From: Heptranchias perlo
Lineage: Eukaryota
Assembly: GCF_035084215.1 (NCBI RefSeq)
Contig: NC_090348.1
Location: 41,168,001-41,232,000, forward strand
Direction: 5' to 3'
Length of the DNA: 64,000 nucleotides
Shown here piece after piece: positions 59,316-64,000 of the stretch; within the stretch, counting starts at the first letter, position 1; each line of letters starts with the position of its first letter. The notes beneath the pieces were generated by a model. The model had not been told where the DNA came from. It saw only the letters and a program-made list of their open reading frames with translations, and did not search any database. Position numbers and translations under genes: made by a program.

Positions 59316-60429
59316 TCCTTCTCCTCTACCATGCCCCTTCTCTCTTTGTGAGGCGAGGCTGGAGATCCATTTCTAGGCTTCTACTAATGGTTCAGGACAG
59401 CCAGTCACAAAGAAACGTGGGAAGTGGTCCTGGGTGACTGACTGCTGGATATTTCTCCCCTCCTTGTAGTGGCCTCGACTCAGCCACTTTCTCAGGCAGC
59501 ATGATTGAAGTCACATGGACACAATATAGAGATCTGCAGGCATAGATATGTGCATCACCATTCATCGGCAGAGTGTATTGGAGCATCCCTGGGATGTGTG
59601 GGGATGAGGGACAGGAGGCTACCACCGAGAGGGATTGCCTTCAAAATTAAAACTTCTGCTCCACTTCTGCATGAGATGAAAGTCTCTTCTCTATGTTAAC
59701 TATGGGGTTCCTATGCATTATAACCCAGTGTCTAGTGGACTTGAGCCCATAGCACAAAGTGTCCATAATTTGCCACTTAACTGGAACTCCCCCTGGATGG
59801 CTAATGTGGGAAATGGAAAAGAAAATCACACTGCACAAGAAAGGAGTGGCCTTCTAACATTAGGGCTAAAGCACATGTTGGGATGGAATACTGACTCTGA
59901 ATGATAAAAATAGAAAATGTTTCACTCCAACAATCCTGGCATCACGTGCATTACAAGCACGTTGATACATAGATAAACAGGATCAGCTTAAAGGAGTGCT
60001 TTATTCATGAAAATTGGGGTGCTAAGTTGGGCCGTTGTTTCGGCACTACACGGCCTCTCCAACATCCAAGATGGCGTCTTGGCTGCGCACACATGTTTCC
60101 AGCGTGATGTGCACCGGACGCCATCTTGGTATAGGAGTTAGTGGATGCGCAAATACCGAACACTGGAAGTGTGTAAAGTAAGGAGAAAATGGATACAATC
60201 AGTGTGCAACGCTGATTTAAAGTGATAGACACCATTTTGGAACTTAACGCTCGACTCAACACACAGTCTTAACCCTGACCATCTGAACATGTCTTACAGT
60301 GCCTGGAGGACGCCCACCAATGTTATTTAAAGAGTCCGTGCAGGATTTACAGGTTAGTGGCTGGATTATTGCTTCTGGCTGCCAAGACATTTGTAACTGT
60401 TTTTGGAGGTCTCCTATACTTGAATACTA

Positions 60430-60698
60430 GGACTAGGGGTCATAGCCTAACATTTAGAGCCAGGGCGTGCAGGAGTGAAGTTAGGAAATGCTTCTACATG
60501 CAAAGGGTGGAAGACATTTGGAATGCTCTTCTGCAGATGGCAGTTGATGCTAGCTCAATTGTGAATGCTAAATCTGAGATTGATAGATTTCTGTGAACCA
60601 AGGGTATTAAGGGATATGGGGCGAAGGTGGGTATATGGTGTTAGGTCACAGGTCCACCATGATCTCACTGAATGGCGGAACAGGCTCGAGTGGCTAAA
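60430..60698 (+). mobile_element. CR1 3' fragment within the Harbinger remnant
   Basis: TRTRGHSL...EVRKCFYMQRVEDIWNAL...KSEIDRFL; gaatggcggaacaggctcgag. Confidence 0.85.
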
Positions 60699-60699
60699 T

Positions 60700-61240
60700 G
60701 TCAATGCTGCTTGCTACCTCCTGATGTGAACCACTTTCTCCTGCAAGAAAGCGGGACATGTGTCTGGGTGATGTGCCTGTCATGGTTGAATAGCTGCCAG
60801 TGTGTGTGTGGCCTGTGCTTTGTGGGTGGGCGGCTTGCAACAGTGGTAATGTGTAAGGGTGAGAGGAAGCATCTGATTGGAAGAGTTGAGTACTGATGGA
60901 AAGAGTTTGTTAGTAGGTGGGTGATGGGGGGTGTGAAGCAGTGGATGTGACTAGTGATGTAGTTGGTGGGAGACACCACTTAACCGTTGACCTCACTCAG
61001 CTTGACCACTCGTGTCAAAGCATTGAACTTCTTCCTGCACTGCATCCATGTTCATGATGCTGTGCGCCTGGCATTGACTTTGTCCCCTGCTGCCTCCCAC
61101 TGCCTTTTGAGTATATGTCTGGAGGGCCTCTTGCCCCCCCTACTCCCCCTGCAGACATAGGATGTCCCTCCTTCTGTCCATCTCTTGCACACAAGGCCTC
61201 TGGTGCATCAGCAGAGAACTTTGGTGCACGCACCCTCGCA
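60700..61240 (-). pseudogene. Harbinger Myb/SANT-like (NAIF1-type) DNA-binding protein pseudogene, two exons
   Basis: With frameshift correction: RAPKFSADAPEAL-VQEMDRRRDIL...KRQWEAAGDKVNA...TWMQCRKKFNALTRVVK | intron ending ctttcttgcag | EKVVHIRR. Confidence 0.75.
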
Positions 61241-61854
61241 GGCCTGTTACAAACTCAGGTCGGCAGATTGGTGAGGTCTGGCATGAAGATTGGAGGATGT
61301 GGGATTTAGTAGTGCGCAACCTTTATTCAATGTTTTAACATAACTCATCAGTGTGTAAACATAGGGATGGGAGCTGCATCTATGTTTTGCATGTGCGATG
61401 TCTGATCTCCATTCAGACTCCGTGCAGACAGCAGACTGTTATTTTCAGCAAATAACAGGTATCAGCTACCTTTAAGAGATTTTTAAGCGACAGCCTGCCT
61501 TTAAGGGGTTGGGGCTCCCCCTGCTGGTGGAAAGTGCAAATTGCACCGAATCCTTGCGTCAACGTTGAATTGGAACGCTGCTTGTAGGTAAGTCCTCAGG
61601 CCTCACAAAAGTCTCGTCCTGCCTGCGCAGGGCCCATTGGGCACGGGGTAATAGCGGATCGCGCTACCTACGCCCAATAATAGGCCCTATCCAAATTTGG
61701 AGATGGAGACAAACCAAAACCACAAAGCAGACTCATCACGATGATATCAGATGCAATTCAAGTGTTTTGATACAATTTATCTCAAAATGCGTGCAGCAAA
61801 CTCTTTTTAGTAAACAGAATGAGCCATTAAAAAAAACAGGAATAAATTCTTCAA

Positions 61855-62045
61855 TTGGTTCATTGGTAAATACTCCACCCAGTGTCATTCTGAGCCATGC
61901 AGGCCTGGAAGATCCCAGTTCCATCACTGATCTATATGGAAATAGGTCATCTCTGCCGGGCCAACAGGTGAAGCACCGTAGTTGACCTCAGTGCACAGGG
62001 ATGAGTGGAGGGAAATCAGCCAGGGTTCCCTCTTCCGAATTGCTA
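61855..62045 (+). mobile_element. AmnSINE2-like SINE 5' half
   Basis: cattggtaaatact...ctgagccatgcaggcctggaagatcccagttccatc...gaaatcagccagggttccc. Confidence 0.65.
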
Positions 62046-62959
62046 CCCAATTTAACTTTATGTTTCTAACTTTAACAATATACAGCTCTTGGGCCTTTAC
62101 TTTTTTAAACTCCTTGTGATGATCCTACCTCAACTGATGGAAATGCCAGCTGGTGTAATACAATAGGGTCTTCACACATCCCAGCTTTCATATCCCTTAA
62201 TAACAGGCAGCAACGTCCAGGCAGAACCCACCAAAAACATCACAGAAAGGAAGAGGTGATCCTTCAGTTTCTCATTACAGTACTTTGACAGTTAAATAAA
62301 CACACAGAACTTTTATTTGGAGATGTTTTGGCTGAGGTGCAACAGTCGTAAACAAAAAACTTTTAACACGCCACATCCATTGACTCTGAGTAGCTTCATT
62401 CATGGATCGACTTACACCTGTAAATGCCAAAAATATTTTTCATAAACACTTACAAACACGAAACCTGAACTGGAAGGTTGTGGATGAGAGACGGTTTTGT
62501 CTCTTGTCCTTCAGCGTTATCCTACTGGGGATAACACTAGTGACAGAATGGTGAAACTATTGTGCAGACTATAACGCAGTCTAGTGAATTCAGAGTTTAA
62601 TTGTGTGACTGTACATTTTGAGTACGCCACTGGCACTATTTACGCCTGTGCACAACAGCACTATTGTATTCACGGCCTCTGTTGTTGGTACAGGTGATTG
62701 GATTATGCATCGATCGTGGCTAAGATTTCACACTCTCCTCCCCATCTCCCCCGCCAGCACCCCCCCCAGCTCTGCCCCGCTCCAATGCCAGGGAACTCGT
62801 GCTACCAATAAAGGTACATAAAAATACAGTGTTAGGTAAGATTGTGACTTTTGCAGCCTTTTTTCGCTGGAACTGAACACAAAATGTTTCTGTGTATGAG
62901 AGTCGGTCTTAGCTAGCCATCAGGTGAACTGTCTAGGAGATTATTGGGGAAAACACTTC

Positions 62960-63066
62960 GGCTGGGATTTTCCACTTGTACATTCTCCAGCCTATAATTT
63001 TCTCCCCATTCATTTTAATGGACGGGAAATTGCAGGTTGTCGAACACAGGACAGAAAATACTGGCC
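62960..63066. mobile_element. Short palindromic MITE
   Basis: Ends ggctgggattttc / gaaaatactggcc; centre ccattcattttaatgg. Confidence 0.5.
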
Positions 63067-63231
63067 ATCCTGTCGAGGAAAGACAAAAGTCCCAAAATAC
63101 TTGATTGATGTAAAAAAAAGTCTCACTTTTTTGAGGTATGTTACTGTGAAAAAAATCATGGATTTTTGCCTAAAATGGGTAATTTACTGGATTGTTCCTG
63201 CTGGTCACAGCACACACGGGGTTAAAATTTA

Positions 63232-63308
63232 GGTGTCAGCCTTGGCTCTCCGGTTGTACTCTTGCCCCTGAGTCAGAAGGTCATGGATTTAAGCCCCACT
63301 CCAGAGAC
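63232..63308 (+). mobile_element. Deu-SINE tRNA-derived head fragment
   Basis: ggtgtcagccttggctc...ctgagtcagaaggtcatggatttaagccccactccagagac. Confidence 0.7.
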
Positions 63309-63434
63309 ATAGGCCGGGAATTTCCTTGGAGCTGCTTTTGCTCTGCTTCTGTTACTGCGGCAAGTGTCATTTAAGCACAAAATCAAGCCCATTAAGAATA
63401 AAACCATAAATAAAAGCTTTCACTGTTCTTCCAA

Positions 63435-63815
63435 GATGGCTCAATGAAAAGATGCACCAATCAGTTCGGTACTGAGCCATCCTGATAAGGAAGGTTCCTG
63501 GTTCAGCCCCTGGTCTGTGCTGAATTAGTTGATCAAAGCTGTCAAGGTGGAGCTCGCTAAAATAGGCTCAGTATCGGTGCGCTAAGCAGGGCAATAAACG
63601 TGCTCCTGGTGTGACATGGTAACAGGGATTGGACAGGATCAGGCTTGGGCTGTGATACCCCCCATCTTAAAATAGCATGCCAACACTTACTGCCTCGGCT
63701 CACACATGAAGAATGGCCATTTGGGTGAGGTGTTGGATGGCAGCCAACACCTGTGTCAAGCCACGTCCCAATGTGAGTCAGTGCCTTCATGAGAGGTGGG
63801 GACGAAAAGGGAGAC
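63435..63815 (+). mobile_element. AmnSINE2-like SINE, head to tail with an internal gap
   Basis: ggtactgagccat...gaaggttcctggttcagcccctggtctgtgctgaattagttgatc...ggctcacacatgaagaatggccatttgggtgagg...gagtcagtgccttca. Confidence 0.75.
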
Positions 63816-63837
63816 AAAGAAAAAGTAACTTTCAAGT

Positions 63838-64000
63838 ACATAGAATTTACAGCATAGAAACAGGTCATTCGGCCCAACTGGTCTATGCTGGCTCCACATG
63901 AGCCTCCTCCCACTCTATTTCTTCTAACCTTATCAGCATAACCTGTTATTCCTTTCTCCCTCATGTACTTATATAGCTTCCCTTTAAATGCATCTATGCT
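63838..64000 (-). mobile_element. CR1 3'-end fragment running off the window
   Basis: acatagaatttacagcatagaaacaggtcattcggcccaactggtc; MREKGITGYAD. Confidence 0.88.

Larger units (their letters stand above)
60008..61700. mobile_element. Internally deleted PIF/Harbinger DNA transposon remnant
   Basis: CpG-rich subterminal blocks (ccaagatggcgtc...gacgccatcttgg inverted pair) flanking a Myb/SANT-like pseudogene; TIRs poorly preserved. Confidence 0.6.

Overview
Eukaryotic, not prokaryotic, DNA. The repeat inventory (HER1-type CR1 LINEs, Deu-domain SINEs, Penelope pseudo-LTRs) points to a cartilaginous fish, most likely a shark; this is an inference and the species cannot be fixed from the sequence. 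I recognise no host protein-coding gene, rRNA, tRNA or CRISPR array, so the window looks like a large intron or gene desert. Roughly half is transposon-derived: many 5'-truncated CR1 LINEs, one near-full-length decayed CR1 (zinc finger/esterase ORF1 plus APE-endonuclease/RT ORF2), one young CR1 with an intact RT frame, L2 and Zenon-like LINE pieces, four SINE types (Deu/SacSINE1-like, AmnSINE2-like, MER131/Meta-like, LF-SINE-like), PIF/Harbinger-type MITEs, a Harbinger Myb/SANT pseudogene and tandem repeats. The most striking structures are: (1) small non-coding Penelope-derived fold-back inserts carrying minimal hammerhead ribozymes and 10-13 bp TSDs; (2) a near-identical inverted pair of Deu-SINEs sharing private mutations; (3) a four-layer transposon nest that yields an in-frame chimeric 525-aa RT ORF; (4) a head-to-head double CR1 insertion at one site. 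Several AT-rich, TE-free islands look like conserved non-coding elements. Family names come from recalled consensus motifs, not from database searches, and most repeat boundaries are approximate.
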